The notes beneath the pieces were generated by a model, which saw only the letters and a list, made by a program, of their open reading frames with translations, was not told where the DNA came from and ran no database searches. Shown one piece after another: positions 38,852 to 51,735 of a stretch of DNA of 64,000 bases (its first letter is position 1; every line of letters starts with the position of its first letter). A program made the position numbers and the translations under genes. Location of the stretch: assembly GCF_000315625.1 (NCBI RefSeq), contig NW_005434574.1, positions 188,224-252,223 on the forward strand. The letters are read 5' to 3'. The stretch is from Guillardia theta CCMP2712 (Eukaryota > Protista > Cryptophyta).

Positions 38852-40048
38852 CTATCTATTGCCTAACATCGCCGACAATGCATGAACAAAACAACCGCTG
38901 CGAAAATTGCTCTGCATTCGCCATGCCTCTACCTCCTCAAGAAGCTCCGCCGCCCTCGGCCTCTCCTTCCCCTCCCCCGCCCATGATCGCCTCATTATCC
39001 CCTGTAGCTCCCTTGGCATCATCCGCTCGCTCAGCACTGCCGGACGACACTCGTATTTAGCTGCCATGCTGGCCACCGAGTATCCGTCGATGTTGCAGAA
39101 GGGATGCTCCCCGGAGAAGATGTACCACATCACCAGCGAGAAAGAGTACACGTCCACCGCCGCCGTGTACTGACCCTCTCCCCGGAAGATCTCCGGCGCC
39201 ATGTACCGGTACGTCCCTGCTCTGGCTGTCATTTCGCATTCGATACCAAGATCGAGTTTGTCCGCCATCTCTGAGTCTTGAAGATTGCACGCTCCCCAGG
39301 ATGGGCATCTCCTACTCACTCCAAAGTCCCCGATCTTCACCGTCCTCCCGTCCCCCGTCAGCAGCATGTTGGCCGGCTTGATGTCTCGGTGGATCACCGG
39401 CGGCTTCTGCGCGTGCAGGTACGCCAGCGCGCTCAGGATGTCCTCCACCCACGACACTGCCCTCCTCGTCTCGGGCCGCCAGCGCCCGTCCCGTCGCGAC
39501 TTCTTCTTGGCCTCGTAGTACTGCTCCAGGCTCCCCCCCGGCATCAGCTCCATCACCAGCCACGGCAGCCCGTCGTGCTCGTAGATGCCGTAGAAGTCCA
39601 CCACGTTCTTGTGCCGGAACGCGTGGCTCATCATGCCGATCTCCTTGAGCAGGTCCTTGCCCTCCTCGGACCGGGCGTCGAGCTTGGAGCACAGGGTCTT
39701 GACGGCGACCTGCCTGCCGTTGTAGAGGGCGCTCCTGACCTCCCCGCAGGAGCCTTGGCCGAGGACGTCGCCGAAGGTGAGGGAGGATCGACGGATGGCG
39801 AAGGATCCGCAGCGGATAAGCTCCTTTTTGTGTATTTTATGGTGGGAGGCGAGGTCAAGGAAGACGGGGCAGTCGTCCTCGAGTGAAGATGGCGTTCTTT
39901 TGAGGATTTGCAGTTTTGTTGTTTTCTCCCCGTAATTGATTTCTATGAAACCATACCTGGAGAAGAACGTTGGATCAATCTCTAGTGCCAACATCCTGCA
40001 GTTTGACTCGAAGGACGAACGCTCGGAGCAGCTATCGGTATGGCACAT
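38852..40048 (-). CDS. TKL-type protein kinase copy 6 (divergent N-terminus, activation loop and tail)
   Basis: Full motif set, intact ORF. Confidence 0.93.
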   Translation of the reverse strand: MCHTDSCSERSSFESNCRMLALEIDPTFFSRYGFIEINYGEKTTKLQILKRTPSSLEDDCPVFLDLASHHKIHKKELIRCGSFAIRRSSLTFGDVLGQGSCGEVRSALYNGRQVAVKTLCSKLDARSEEGKDLLKEIGMMSHAFRHKNVVDFYGIYEHDGLPWLVMELMPGGSLEQYYEAKKKSRRDGRWRPETRRAVSWVEDILSALAYLHAQKPPVIHRDIKPANMLLTGDGRTVKIGDFGVSRRCPSWGACNLQDSEMADKLDLGIECEMTARAGTYRYMAPEIFRGEGQYTAAVDVYSFSLVMWYIFSGEHPFCNIDGYSVASMAAKYECRPAVLSERMMPRELQGIMRRSWAGEGKERPRAAELLEEVEAWRMQSNFRSGCFVHALSAMLGNR

Positions 40049-40452
40049 CTGATCGCCTTTGTCTTCCCTTGCAACCCTATGGTACCTAGCTGCGGCTTTT
40101 CCGCGTGCCGTTGATACGCCTCCAAGAGGGTAAAATGAGATGTGGAGGTTTGGTTGGTATCAAAAAAAAGTTAGCTAGTTCATTTTTGTTTTTTAAAAAA
40201 GTTCACACTTTTACTACCAAATGTTACGTACCTTCAACTTTACTACACAAATTGCACCTCTTGGCGGAGCGAAAGGTCAACTGACAGGTCAACTTCGAGA
40301 GTGATCCTAGTTTACTACTGTCTATTCCCTCTCCATATCAGGGTACGGCATATGTCCGGGCCCGGCCTGCCGATCCGGACAGACCAGGACCCGGCCCGGC
40401 CTCTGAACTGACTGTCCATCGAGGGGGGCTCGGTTGCAGATGTCCATAAAAA

Positions 40453-42068
40453 ATGGCCATGGTGGTGCGCTGCGAGGGAGGAGGGGACGCGATGGTTGGA
40501 ATCGACGAGTGGAACCAAAGATGGATGATTGCAAGAGGAAGGATGGAAACGGAGGAGCGGAAAGGAGAGAAGGAGGAGGGAGGGGGGAAGAGAGAGGGAG
40601 GGAAGACGTCGCAAAGGAAGAAAGACAAAGAAGGTGGTGAGGGGATTGCCGATGACTTGAGCGAGAGGATAAAGTCGATTCTTCGGGGTGGAGAGGAGAT
40701 TCCATGGCTTACAGACCTCAAGGTGAGGTTGTGCGAAAAGATCGGTCGGCCGATCAAGATGAACGTGATGAATGCAAGGAGTCTTGATATTGTTCATGCT
40801 CCTTCAAGCATTGGCTGTTTCCTTTCAGGAATTTTGTGCTCAGACCTGAGGAACTTTCTTCTCTTTTTTTGTAGTGGCCGCTCCGCTGCATTGTTGTGTT
40901 GTACATGCAGGTGCGATTGTGAATGCACTTTGTTTTGCATGTTTGGGTAAACTTGTTTTAGGTTGCTCAAGCATAAGTGCTCAAACGAAGAGATCTGGCG
41001 CCATTATCACGCGAGACTGGTTCAGAGAGAGTGCAGGTTGGGCCTATATGGACTTCTCAGCAAGGTTGCTCACATCTTGATAGACAACATGCTCTTTTCA
41101 ACTCAGCAAGTGACTTGTTCGACTGTTACATCAAGAGATGTCAAAGTCGCTGCAATCTCAAGGAGTTGTACGGTATGAGAATGGTAGTGAAGTTGAAAGA
41201 TGCCGTATCTCCGTTTTAAGTTGATGTGCAGGAAGCGAGGAGGAATGTGAATAGCGCGTGGGTAGATGTGTTACAGTTCTTTCCTTGGTGAGGTTGATTT
41301 TCCACAATGATCGTACATGTGAGAAAGCATTTTTTCAGTACTAGACTAAATCCCGGGGTTTCGGAACTAGACATCATGCGAATTGAACAGCACATCGAAA
41401 TTATGTTTCCTCTGGAGGTTTGTGAATATTCGATCTTTTTGATGTTTGAAACGAAGAATGACTTGTCGTTCGAACACTGAACAGCTTCGAGAACTGTACA
41501 GACTAGCCGACGGAGAAGAGTCTGGCTTCGACCGCTTCACAGTCAACGGGCTCTTCAATGGAATGCGATTCTTGCCGTTCCATGGTGAGAAGAGAGATGG
41601 AAGTGGACTCGAGGAAGAATAACAACATGAAACATGAAAGAAGCTTGTGAAGTCGCAACAAGGCAAGAAATCCCGCTCGTGGGCATGCCGAATGTCAGCC
41701 GGTGAACGTCACTCCTTGCATCGCTCCGTGTTGGCATGTGGGGAACTGAAGGGAGTCGTTCCCAGTGAAGATTGTTTGTTCCCCATCAGCTCGCTGGCAG
41801 GGCATGGCGAAGTAGGTGAGCTGATTGCGATAAGTTGTCGTTTCGTCACAAACACGTGTATGTGTATTGCTGCGAAGGCGAATGGTACGGCATTTCCGGC
41901 CAAGGGAAAGTCTTCAAGGCAGCTCGTGAGCGTTTGAGGCGACTTTTCACTGAAAATCAGGTTGCAGGTGTCGGGGATGTTCAAGAGGTCGAAAGGACCT
42001 CTTTCAGAGTTCCTGCGATCGCTGTTGCGATGAAGTTGCGCTGGAAGATGAATGTCCGTCAAGAGTAG
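40453..42068 (+). CDS. F-box plus SMI1/KNR4-domain protein (FBXO3/SKIP16-like), multi-exon
   Basis: Spliced F-box-like LCSDLRNFLLFFCSGRSAALLCCTCR-LLKHKCSNEEIWRHY; then NVNSAWVDVLQFF-TRLNPGVSELDIMRIEQHIEIMFPLE-LRELYRLADG...GLFNGMRFL across short GT-AG introns. Confidence 0.72.
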
Positions 42069-42329
42069 TAAAGATTGTAGAGTCGCGATTGAACCTCCCC
42101 AGTACTGCGCATATTCTCAGTGAAAAAAACGTTGTTGGTCTGTTTATTGTGAGAAGGTGTTCAGCATTGAGGAGGGCAATGGGCAAACCCTTCAGGTGAC
42201 TGAATGTGATGCTGGAATGCAGACAGCGAGCAAGTTGGAGAACCTGCTGAATGGCCAAACCCAGGGGTTGGGGAAGTGACCGAGCGCTCGGTCACATTCG
42301 TTCCATCACTGCGAAGCCATGGTCGGGTC

Positions 42330-42405
42330 AGAACAGTCCGCCTTCAACGATCTTCCCTCACCTTCGGCAGCGTCCTCGGCCAAGGCTCCTGCGTGGAAGT
42401 AAAAC
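42330..42405 (+). pseudogene. Decayed kinase N-lobe fragment
   Basis: QRSSLTFGSVLGQGSCVEVK. Confidence 0.7.
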
Positions 42406-42706
42406 TGCATTGCCGGCCGTCCTCGGGTCAAAAACACGTAAAGTGGACATCAGAACTGAAGAACTCGAAAAGACTGCTTTTCAATACCGTACCAAATCTC
42501 TGTTTCACCCCGAAATTCCCCTATAACAGTACCCCACCCCCCTTGTCAAAACTCGCGGAAAGTCCTGGTCCCCTTGGCATGCGCAAGGACCGTTGGCGAC
42601 TGGCGATGGAGAAGTCAGGTTGAGCACTGAAGATCGTCAAGCCAGGAAGTTTGCATCCTGACAACAACATCATCACTGTGACAAGAGCATCATCGTTGAG
42701 GTGCAG

Positions 42707-43978
42707 ATGATCTCCTATCAAGAGCTCAGAAAGAAGTACTACGTTGCCTGCAACCTCGAATTTCGCCACAATCTGCAGGCTGAGCTTTTTCCTGTACAAG
42801 AATCCCCCGAGCGAGCAGCTTGTAGCTCTCCTCAGGTAGAGACGATCATCGTGCAAGACCAGGAAGAGAAGAAGAAGACTCCGAGAGCTATCAAACCGAG
42901 CGCCCTCAAGAAACGATCCTCCCTCGATCAAGATTGCCCCGTCTTCCTGCAGCTTGCCGAAAAGCACAACGTACTCAAGGAGCAAGACCTTGACCGTTGC
43001 GAGACTTTCGTCATACAGAAGACTTCTCTAATGGTCGGCCACTTGATAGGAAGAGGAGCCTCGGGTGAAGTCAGGAGAGCCGATTACATGGGGAAGAAAG
43101 TTGCCGTTAAGACCTGGCGCGACCTTGGCTCCGAGGAGGGCAAGGACCTGCTCAAGGAGATCGGCATGATGAGCCATGCCTTCCGGCACAAGAACGTGGT
43201 GGACTTCTACGGCATCTACGAGCACGACGGGCTGCCGTGGCTGGTGATGGAGCTGATGCCGGGGGGGAGCCTGGAGCAGTACTACGAGGCCAAGAAGAAG
43301 TCGCGACGGGACGGGCGCTGGCGGCCCGAGACGAGGAGGGCAGTGTCGTGGGTGGAGGACATCCTGAGCGCGCTGGCGTACCTGCACGCGCAGAAGCCGC
43401 CGGTGATCCACCGAGACATCAAGCCGGCCAACATGCTGCTGACGGAGGACGGGAGGACGGTGAAGATCGGGGACTTTGGAGTGAGCAGGAGATGCCCTCA
43501 CTCGCTTAGAAACGGTCTGCTGACCCCGAGGTCTATCGTCATGACTCCGAGGAGCTCGCGCGATCCCAGCCCTTTCGCAAGCGACTTGTTTGGGCCGGAG
43601 CTGACAGGGGCGGTCGGCACTTACCGGTACATGGCGCCGGAGATCTTCCGGGGAGAGGGTCAGTACACGGCGGCGGTGGACGTGTACTCTTTCTCGCTGG
43701 TGATGTGGTACATCTTCGCCGGGGAGCATCCCTTCTGCAACATCGACGGACACTCGGTGGCCGGCATGGCAGCTAAGTACAACTTCCGTCCGGCAGTGCT
43801 GAGCGAGCGGATGATGCCGAGGGAGCTACAGGGGATGATGAGGCGATCATGGGCGGGGGAGGGGAAGGAGCGGCCGAGGGCGGCGGAGCTTCTGGAGGAG
43901 GTCGAGGCATGGCAGGAGAAAAAATCGAGGTGTGAACAGCTTTCATTTCGTCGTTTCTTCCCGCATCGCAAGCGTTGA
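42707..43978 (+). CDS. TKL-type protein kinase copy 7 (divergent N-lobe start, activation loop and tail)
   Basis: GRGASGEV, VAVK, HRDIKPAN, DFG, GTYRYMAPE. Confidence 0.93.
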   Translation: MISYQELRKKYYVACNLEFRHNLQAELFPVQESPERAACSSPQVETIIVQDQEEKKKTPRAIKPSALKKRSSLDQDCPVFLQLAEKHNVLKEQDLDRCETFVIQKTSLMVGHLIGRGASGEVRRADYMGKKVAVKTWRDLGSEEGKDLLKEIGMMSHAFRHKNVVDFYGIYEHDGLPWLVMELMPGGSLEQYYEAKKKSRRDGRWRPETRRAVSWVEDILSALAYLHAQKPPVIHRDIKPANMLLTEDGRTVKIGDFGVSRRCPHSLRNGLLTPRSIVMTPRSSRDPSPFASDLFGPELTGAVGTYRYMAPEIFRGEGQYTAAVDVYSFSLVMWYIFAGEHPFCNIDGHSVAGMAAKYNFRPAVLSERMMPRELQGMMRRSWAGEGKERPRAAELLEEVEAWQEKKSRCEQLSFRRFFPHRKR

Positions 43979-46625
43979 GAAGCTGTCCCTTTCTTTTCCA
44001 GTGTTGTATTTGATAATTATTCCTTTGTTAAGACGCTGATGCATTTAACCCTTTTGTGGAGGTGTGTTTAGAATCTTGTTTTACAGTCTGTCTAGAGGGA
44101 TAATACCATAATCCTCCATTTTCGTTTTGAATACACAAGATTGTTTTGAGGAAGAGAGCTTTACCAAACAAAACTGGGCTGGCCGTAAAAAACAAGAGAC
44201 GAAAGGGTCATCGACGAGCTATACGACGAGCTATAAAGCTATGCGATGTCATAACAAATATTGCAGGAAGGGCATACCTGGCAAGAGACCATCGCGTCAG
44301 AGTTTGTTTTCGTCAAGGAAGTTTCCTTGCAAGCTCTGACATCTTATCAAACCAACTTCGATTCTGAGCTTGTCCTGGTAATGCCGTTTGACTCTTCTAA
44401 AGTGCCACGTCACTACCTAGCTTCAGTCAATCTTCTCTGATAACCTTGAGCTCCTTTGGGCGTGGGACGCATGTGGCGTCCTGATGACCAAATCCGGTCA
44501 GTTTTCTTCGCGTGAAAGCAAGAAAGGGTACATGAGGGCATGGAGGTGGGACCTGTCAGATTGTGAGAAAAAAACATGAAAGTCCATGCTCTTGGTAGCA
44601 GATATCATGAGAGACAATATCATTGTTAGCAAACATCATCAGAGACCCGCCCTTGTGAGTAAACATCATACAGATCATTTTCTTGTGGGCTGACAATTTG
44701 AGGTTTGAATTGCAGATACAATTAGATACAAGAAGTACAGTCGGTAAGAAGCCACAGCATACAAGAAAAGATCACAAATCATTCACGTCATGTAAACTTG
44801 TTTCAAATGTTGCTCACGTCAACACACCGGATAAAGAATCTCCGTCCTTTCCCAGTTCCGTATGCGCATCCCTGCACACTAAAAGCAGAGTCAGCTCTGC
44901 ACCTCCCTCACCTTCTATCCCTGTCTCCAAATCTCCTTCACTTGCTTGCTCCTCCTCTTGCTTTTCTCTTAGCCTGAGCCACTCTCTCTCTCTTCCACTG
45001 TCTCTCCTCTCTATCTCTCTCACCCCCTTCTTCCCTCCTGAGCTCTCCCTGCTACTGTCTCGCTCCCTTCCTCTCTCACTCCCTGCCCTGCCTCTCCTCT
45101 CCATCTCTCCCTGCCACTGTCTCGCTCCCTTCCACGCACGCACATCTTACCTCTCGTTGTATCTGAAAATCCCTCCTCCGATCTAGAGCCTTCAGGCGAA
45201 GCTTGTTGTACTCGCTAATGAGCTATTGGGCCAATGATGAGGGGAGGGAAGGCGGGAGAAGGAGAAGAAGTAGCCAAGGGAGAAGGAGCAGGAGTACACA
45301 AGAGGATGAGCAGGAGTACACAAGAGGAGGAGCAGGAGTACACAAGAGGAGGTGGAGTAGTAGACGAGAGAGGAGGAGCAGGATTACACAAGAGGAGTAG
45401 TACTAGTAGACGAGAGAGGAGGAGGAGGAGTAGACAAGGGAGGAGGAGGCAAGGGAGACGAGCAGCAAACATACTTTGCTCCTCTCTTCCACATCGACAC
45501 TCTTGTTGATCCTCCACGCGCACACGTCGAGCTCGAGCAGGGCATAGTTCACCTTCTCCTCTGTCCTTCGTTACAGTCAGCTTCACCTTGAAATCCCTAA
45601 GGAGATCTGTCCTACCTTTTGAGGGAGTGTGCAGTCTCCTGTATTATTTCCTGTTGCAGCTCGTCTATGCTAGAATCTAGAGTTTTCTAGTAGGACAAAC
45701 TTCAGCATCTGCCATGAATGGAGCAAGCTAACACACCGCCTTGCCACCCAACTTGTTCTCAAGTCTATCAAGGTACCTTGATGAACAAGGTCATGATCGC
45801 AAGTCAGCACACTGAGGTAACTCTTACTCGCTCTCGAAACCTTCGTCCTTCAATCCCCTAGCCAACCGCTCCCATGGATTGTTTCCGAAGCTAAACTTCC
45901 ACATTCAGCACACAGCACCTCACTCACGTATCACCTCAGGAGGTAGGACAGCATCCTCCTCGCTCCTGCTCCCTCCATCCCCTCCTTTGGCGCGACCCAA
46001 CTTTTGATGTGACAATCAAACAAAAAAGATTCGTCGGGCAGCGATAAGCTCATACCTCTTCATCAGAGCTCGCCGATGTCGAAGTACCCCAGAGAGGCCC
46101 TGGATAGGCAAGTCAGCACAAAGGAACTGCCCGTCCTCACCATCCTACCTTTCCTGCACGTAGTGTACCTCTTCTTCCCCCCCCTCTGTTCCCCCTCCTA
46201 CTTCCCTTTCATCTCTCCTCTGCTTTCCTCCCTTCCTCCCTTCTCTTCTATTTCGGTCTTCACATCCTTACTCTCTCCTCCCTCCCTCCTCCTCCTCCTC
46301 CCCCACCACCTCTTGCACTTGCCTGCATACTGGGTCTCCTTTGTGTATCGATCTGCAGCGAATTGACTACAATACTTACTAGTATGTCCTGTATATTGAT
46401 TATGGCACTTTCAGAGTCTTTGAACATTGACTATAAACCTTGATGATCCGGAATGCAGTAAAAAGGAAGAAAGCCATGGCGAGGAGAGAGGGAGGAGAGG
46501 GAGAGAGAAGAGACAGGGCAGGGGAGACAGGGCAGAGGAGACAGGAGAGGAGGGGAGGGGAGGGGAGGAGGGGAGGGGAGGGGAGGAGGGGAGGGGAGGA
46601 GAGCGCAACGGTTCTGGAGCAAGGA

Positions 46626-48118
46626 ATGGTGCCCAGAGGAAAATTCGCTTTCAATGCCATACTCCTGTACTTGCTTCTTTCGCTGCCCCCCTCCCTCTCT
46701 TTCCCTCCATCTACCATCTTCTCGTCAAGGAGTCGCAACGGACTGTCAACTTGTCCCATCATTCGGATCCAACGAGTCACTAGCCTGTCAGGCCAGCGGG
46801 ACGTTGCAAGTTCAGACCTTCTACCGCCTCCTACAACTCAACTCAGCTCCTTCAGCTATAACGTGCATGTCCTCCTTGCTATGATCTACAGCATCTTTAC
46901 CATCCCGCTGGTTGCCGTCCTGAAGCTGCTGGGCGTTATCAGGAGGCAGGAATACCGCTTCGAGGACATGCGGGGCAAGGTAGTGGTAGTGACAGGCTCG
47001 AGCTCTGGGGTAGGGTTGTGTACTGCAGCCAGTCTGCATGCGAGTGGAGCGACGGTGATCATGGCGTGTCGGTCAGTGGAGCGAGGAGAGCGAGCGAAGA
47101 AGGAAATCCTTGAGGACTGGGAGAGACGAGGAGGAGGAGGAGGAGGAGGAGGAGGAAGAGGAGGAAGAGGAGGAGGAGGCAGTCTGGTGGCTGATGTCGG
47201 GCTCGAACCGCACCATGGCGGACAGTTGATCGTGAAGGAGCTGGACACTTCGGACTTTGACAGCGTGAGGAGCTTTACAGCAGACATGAAGGAGAGTTTC
47301 AGCGAGCTGCACGTGCTAGTAAACAACGCGGGGACCAACGGGAAAGACGCCTCGACCCCCCAGCTGTCCAAGCAGGGGAGAGACTATGTCTTTGAGACGA
47401 ACTTCGTAGGACACTTCCTCCTGACCCTGTGCCTAGAGGGGATGCTAAGGAGAGCCCGGGGCCGGGTAGTCAACCTTTCGTCCGTCATGCACCACTGGGG
47501 AACTAAAGATGTGACTCGGACCCTTAAGTCAGCGAGGAGGAAGAACAGCTACAGGGACTCGAAGCTTGCTATGCTGCACTTCACCGCAGAGATCAGCAGG
47601 AGGTGGAAGGGGGACGTCGCTGCTATCGCTGTCAACCCTGGGTTCGTGTCAAGTGACATCTGGCGAGGAGTTTCACGGCAGGGAGTCAAAGGATGGCTGT
47701 TTGACCGCTTCCTCTCCTTCCTCGCTCTCTGTCCAGCTGAAGGCTGCGCTACCTCTGTTGTTGCTGCTGCCATGCAGCTGAACAGCAAGGAAGAGGGGAA
47801 GGCCGGAGGGGGGCAAGCTTCCAGGAAGAAGGAGATACAGAGGACGAGGCATGAATGCTTGTACCTTGTGCCTTACGTTCTTCCTGCGGGGATCAGGTTG
47901 CCTTTTGAGGTCATGGGGCCGTTCATGCGTAAGTTGACGACCGTGATCGACGGATAAAGCTCACTCTGTCAACAGATCCGAGGTGGGCGACACCTAGGCT
48001 ACCTGCTGGGGAAGGTAGGAGATCTTAGCTTGTTCGTGAATGGGCTGATGTAACTGCAGTTGAGATTTCGTCACGTTTTTGGGAGATGTGCGAAGAGGTC
48101 ACGGGGATGAAAGGCTAG
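46626..48118 (+). CDS. Short-chain dehydrogenase/reductase (retinol dehydrogenase/Tic32-like), probably plastid-targeted
   Basis: TGSSSGVG, VNNAG, NLSS, YRDSK motifs; leader MVPRGKFAFNAILLYLLLSLPPSLS-F plus Ser/Arg-rich segment; two short 3' introns leading to FWEMCEEVTGMKG*. Confidence 0.88.
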
Positions 48119-48679
48119 GAGATGAGAGGTAGAAGAGAGGTAGAGGAGAGGAGAGGAGGAGCAGAGGTACGGCAGGGCAGGTGCATGGCATGGCAGGGCA
48201 TGGCGGAGCAGAGAAGAGAGGAGGAGGAGGAGAGGAGGAGGAGGAGGAGGAGGAGAGATAAAATTTGGTCTGAAGTTGCAGGAGCGCAGGCAATTAGAAG
48301 CGAAGAGAGGAGAGCAGGTGACGGCTGGAACAGGATCAAACGTGCAGGACAAGAGTGTTTGCATCGCACGCGATGAATACAAAGAATATTTATCTGTCAG
48401 TGTTTGTGTTGTTCGACTTTTGAGATGTACAAGGGTGAGCACTGGCCTTGCTATCGAGCCATCCTCAAACGGGAAGGTGTTTCCCTCCGTTCGCCGACCT
48501 TTCCCTCATTTCCCTCCTCCTCTGCTCCGATTCCAGAGAAAAAAATCAAATCGATCGTCCTGTCGTGGCGAACGAGGAGTTTGCGGGGAGTTCTCCTGTA
48601 CGACTCCAGCTGAGGAGAACCTTTAAAAACTCTCTGCTTTCTGACACAGTCCTGTGAACCCCCCCGGGAGAGAGGGTCT

Positions 48680-50532
48680 TCAAGGCCAATCAGCGGTAGG
48701 GTACCCTTGGAACTTTGACAGCAGCTGCGCAGTATCGCCGTCAGGCCGCAGGGCTAGTCAAAGTTTCCTACCTTGACAAAGTAGTAGACAGGGGCAGCTG
48801 TCAGCATGTAGCTGTCAATGCGGTCAAGGATTCCTCCATGTCCTGCTGGGGTGTCAGCTGAGGGCAGACTCAATGAGTCCGCTCACCAGGAAGAAGATTT
48901 CCAGTGTCCTGCAGTCAAGTGAGCACGAGGGCGAGGAAGACGCATCGTGCTCTTGCTCACCTTGACTCCAGCATCCCTCTTGAAAAGCGAGACTGTCAAA
49001 TCTCCCAGCAGGCCCAGAGCAGAGATCATGAAGCCGTAGAATGGGCCGGTTATCCACCTTTACCACCTTCAGAGCTAGGCTGCTCCGACCCGTCTCGCTA
49101 CCTGACCCTTCCTCCCCTCCCTCCCTCCTCCCTTCTACTCTCTCATTTTCAGGCAACTATACTATTCCACCTTCCTTATCTTCCTTCTTCAACCTCTCCT
49201 AGCCCTTCCCCCCGTTCTCCTCTTCCTCCTTCTTCTCCTCTTCCTCACTCCAACTTACCACAGGGGCCATCCCATGAGACGAGCTCCAGTGGTCGCAAAG
49301 ATCGAGCAGAGGGCGACCCCTCCGAAGAATCCCTCCATCGTCTTGTTGGGGCTGACCGATATTCCAGTCCAGTCACTCAGCTTCGTCTTTCCAAAGTTCT
49401 TCCCCGCAAAGTAAGCTCCGACATCTGCCGGGGCGTCATAAACCCTCCAGCTGCCCCCCACCTGGGGCAGCGCGGGGGAGCTCACCGGAGGCCGCGATGG
49501 ATATCATGGTCCACCAGGTGACGACGGCGCCTTGGGTGAAGATGTCAGCGGATCCGAGCCCGAGGAAGGAAATCCATTGCATGGTCTCGTGCATCATGGG
49601 GACTGCCATGACCCGGCTCACTTCCTCCGACGGGATCACGCCGAGGGCCCGCAGTCGAACCCAGAAGGAGGCCAGGTATCCGACGTAGAATATGCCCATG
49701 AATGTAGTCTGCACTGAGGAAATTGTCGTCTTCTCCGACCTCTTCAATGTCAGGAGGTAGCCAACGATCAGTATGTACGCCACCGGGAGCACACAGTCCG
49801 TGTAGGCGAACGGGAGGCCGTAGGCAGTCCCGCATGCTGTCATGTACATGCTCCATAGAACGACAGTCCCGCACTTCTTGGCTGGCTTACACTCGTTGCT
49901 GGCCCGCTCTGCCATGCCGTAGTACTCCAGCAGGGCCCTTGAACCAGCCACCCCGCAAACTAGAGCAAAGGCCCAGGTGCCTGAGAAGATCCAGGCAGAC
50001 ACCAGAGCTCCCAGCACGACAGAGGTGAAGACTCTTTTCTGTAGCCCCAGCATCTTTCTAATGTTGGAGTTCTTCTCATACTGTACAGTCCCTGGTTCGC
50101 CCTCCAGCTGGGGCGGCACCTGGGATAGAGACGGGCCAAGAGGGATGGCGGCCATGACGCACATGACGACAACGAGGATGATGGGGAATAGAGAGCCGCG
50201 CAGAGCAGACATCGGGATGATGGTGGAGGCCTAGAGGGCACAAGGCAGGGAAGTCAGCGTTCGAGGAGGAGGAGGAGCAAAAATGTATCTACGTCGGGAA
50301 GCAGCTCTTTGGGGAGCAGGGCGACGGCAGTTTGACGAGTCGGCGGCCGTCGAACAGCGGTTGCTAGCCTCCTCCCGTCCCGCCAGCATGGATGTAATCT
50401 GGTATGAGCAAACCTGTTGAGAGCAAGTGGAGCAGGGGATTGCGGAGCGAGGCTGTGGAATCCTAGACAGTGGGGCAGGATGGAGGCCCCAAGTGCGAGC
50501 AGCACCATCAGACAACCGGGGAAAGGATGCAT
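48680..50532 (-). CDS. cdsA: Phosphatidate cytidylyltransferase (CDP-DAG synthase), probably plastid-targeted, multi-exon
   Basis: [61 protein letters not shown]; hydrophobic segments; signal peptide ending CLG-F. Confidence 0.92.
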
Positions 50533-50941
50533 GCCTGACAACGCAAGAGTCTCTGCCGTGCTAAGAGAACATCTTGTTGCGACCCCCTGTACACGATTTG
50601 TGTTAGCTCAGGACAAAACCTCTGCAGGAGGAGCTCTCGTCACTGTTCTGATTTATGTCTGACGTAGATGACTCTTACTACATAGTACGCATTCAAGTCT
50701 ATGGAGCATCTATAGTCGACGTCAACAACCCTGCCTCTGATGACATGACACTCATTTCACGTGTATCAAGCGTGTAGTTCCTACTGATTCATATGGGTCC
50801 CCTGTCAGCACCAGGAGCCTTTGTGCTCGAGGATGAGCTGATTCCCTCCTTCATTTCGCATGTATTCGATTACGCAAATGATTGATACCTATATCTGTGA
50901 TTGCTTCGGATTCGTCTACTTCAATATAGTGCTCGTGTCTC

Positions 50942-51133
50942 TTCAAAGTCAATGTTGTTCTCGTATGTTATGATCTAGCTGTCATGCACCACTACAACAA
51001 CCAGGTTCAAAGTCAATGTTGTTCTCGTATGTTATGATCTAGCTGTCATGCACTACTACAACAACCAGGTTCAAAGTCAATTTTGTTCTTGTATGTTATG
51101 ATCTAGCTGTCATGCACTACTACAACAACCAGG
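50942..51133. repeat. 64-bp tandem repeat, 3 copies
   Basis: Units start at 50942, 51006, 51070. Confidence 0.95.
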
Positions 51134-51735
51134 ATACAACCTCGTTGGGGCCCCACAACTTGCCTCCCTGCTCTAACATTGTTACGGCCTCCGGACGAAT
51201 ACTTCAGAGCCCCACCCCCTACTCGCCTAAAAGATTTTCAATGGACGGGTAGCAGATAAAAGTACCCGTCCTAAAAATGAAGGACCGGTAGTCTGAATGG
51301 GTAAAAGAGGGGTAGTCTTGACGTGGCATGATTCTGACCGTCCATAGCCGGGTCCTCCAACGTATCGCCAGCCGCCACCGTCCGACCGGGAGGCTCAACT
51401 GATAGGCTGCTCAGTGACTCGGAACTACCGCCGGCCCCGGCCGGGCGGCCCGACCCCGGCCCGGTCGCAGCCGCGGCCTGATCGGAGGCTCCGACTGTGA
51501 GGCCGGGCCGCGGCTGCCGGCCAGGCGCCGCAGTGAGCCCGCCTCTCGGATGAGCACCGGAGTCCCGGTCCGAGTTCGAGTCGACGGTTCCGAAGTTCGT
51601 TTGCCAAGTTGGCGAGCGGCTAGATCATAAATCGGAACTTGCCGAATATGGGCCCGGCATGAATGATGATTGTCCGGGCCTGAAGTTTCTCAGCCCGGCG
51701 CTATCCAACCGTTAGATCGACGGACAACTATCATG

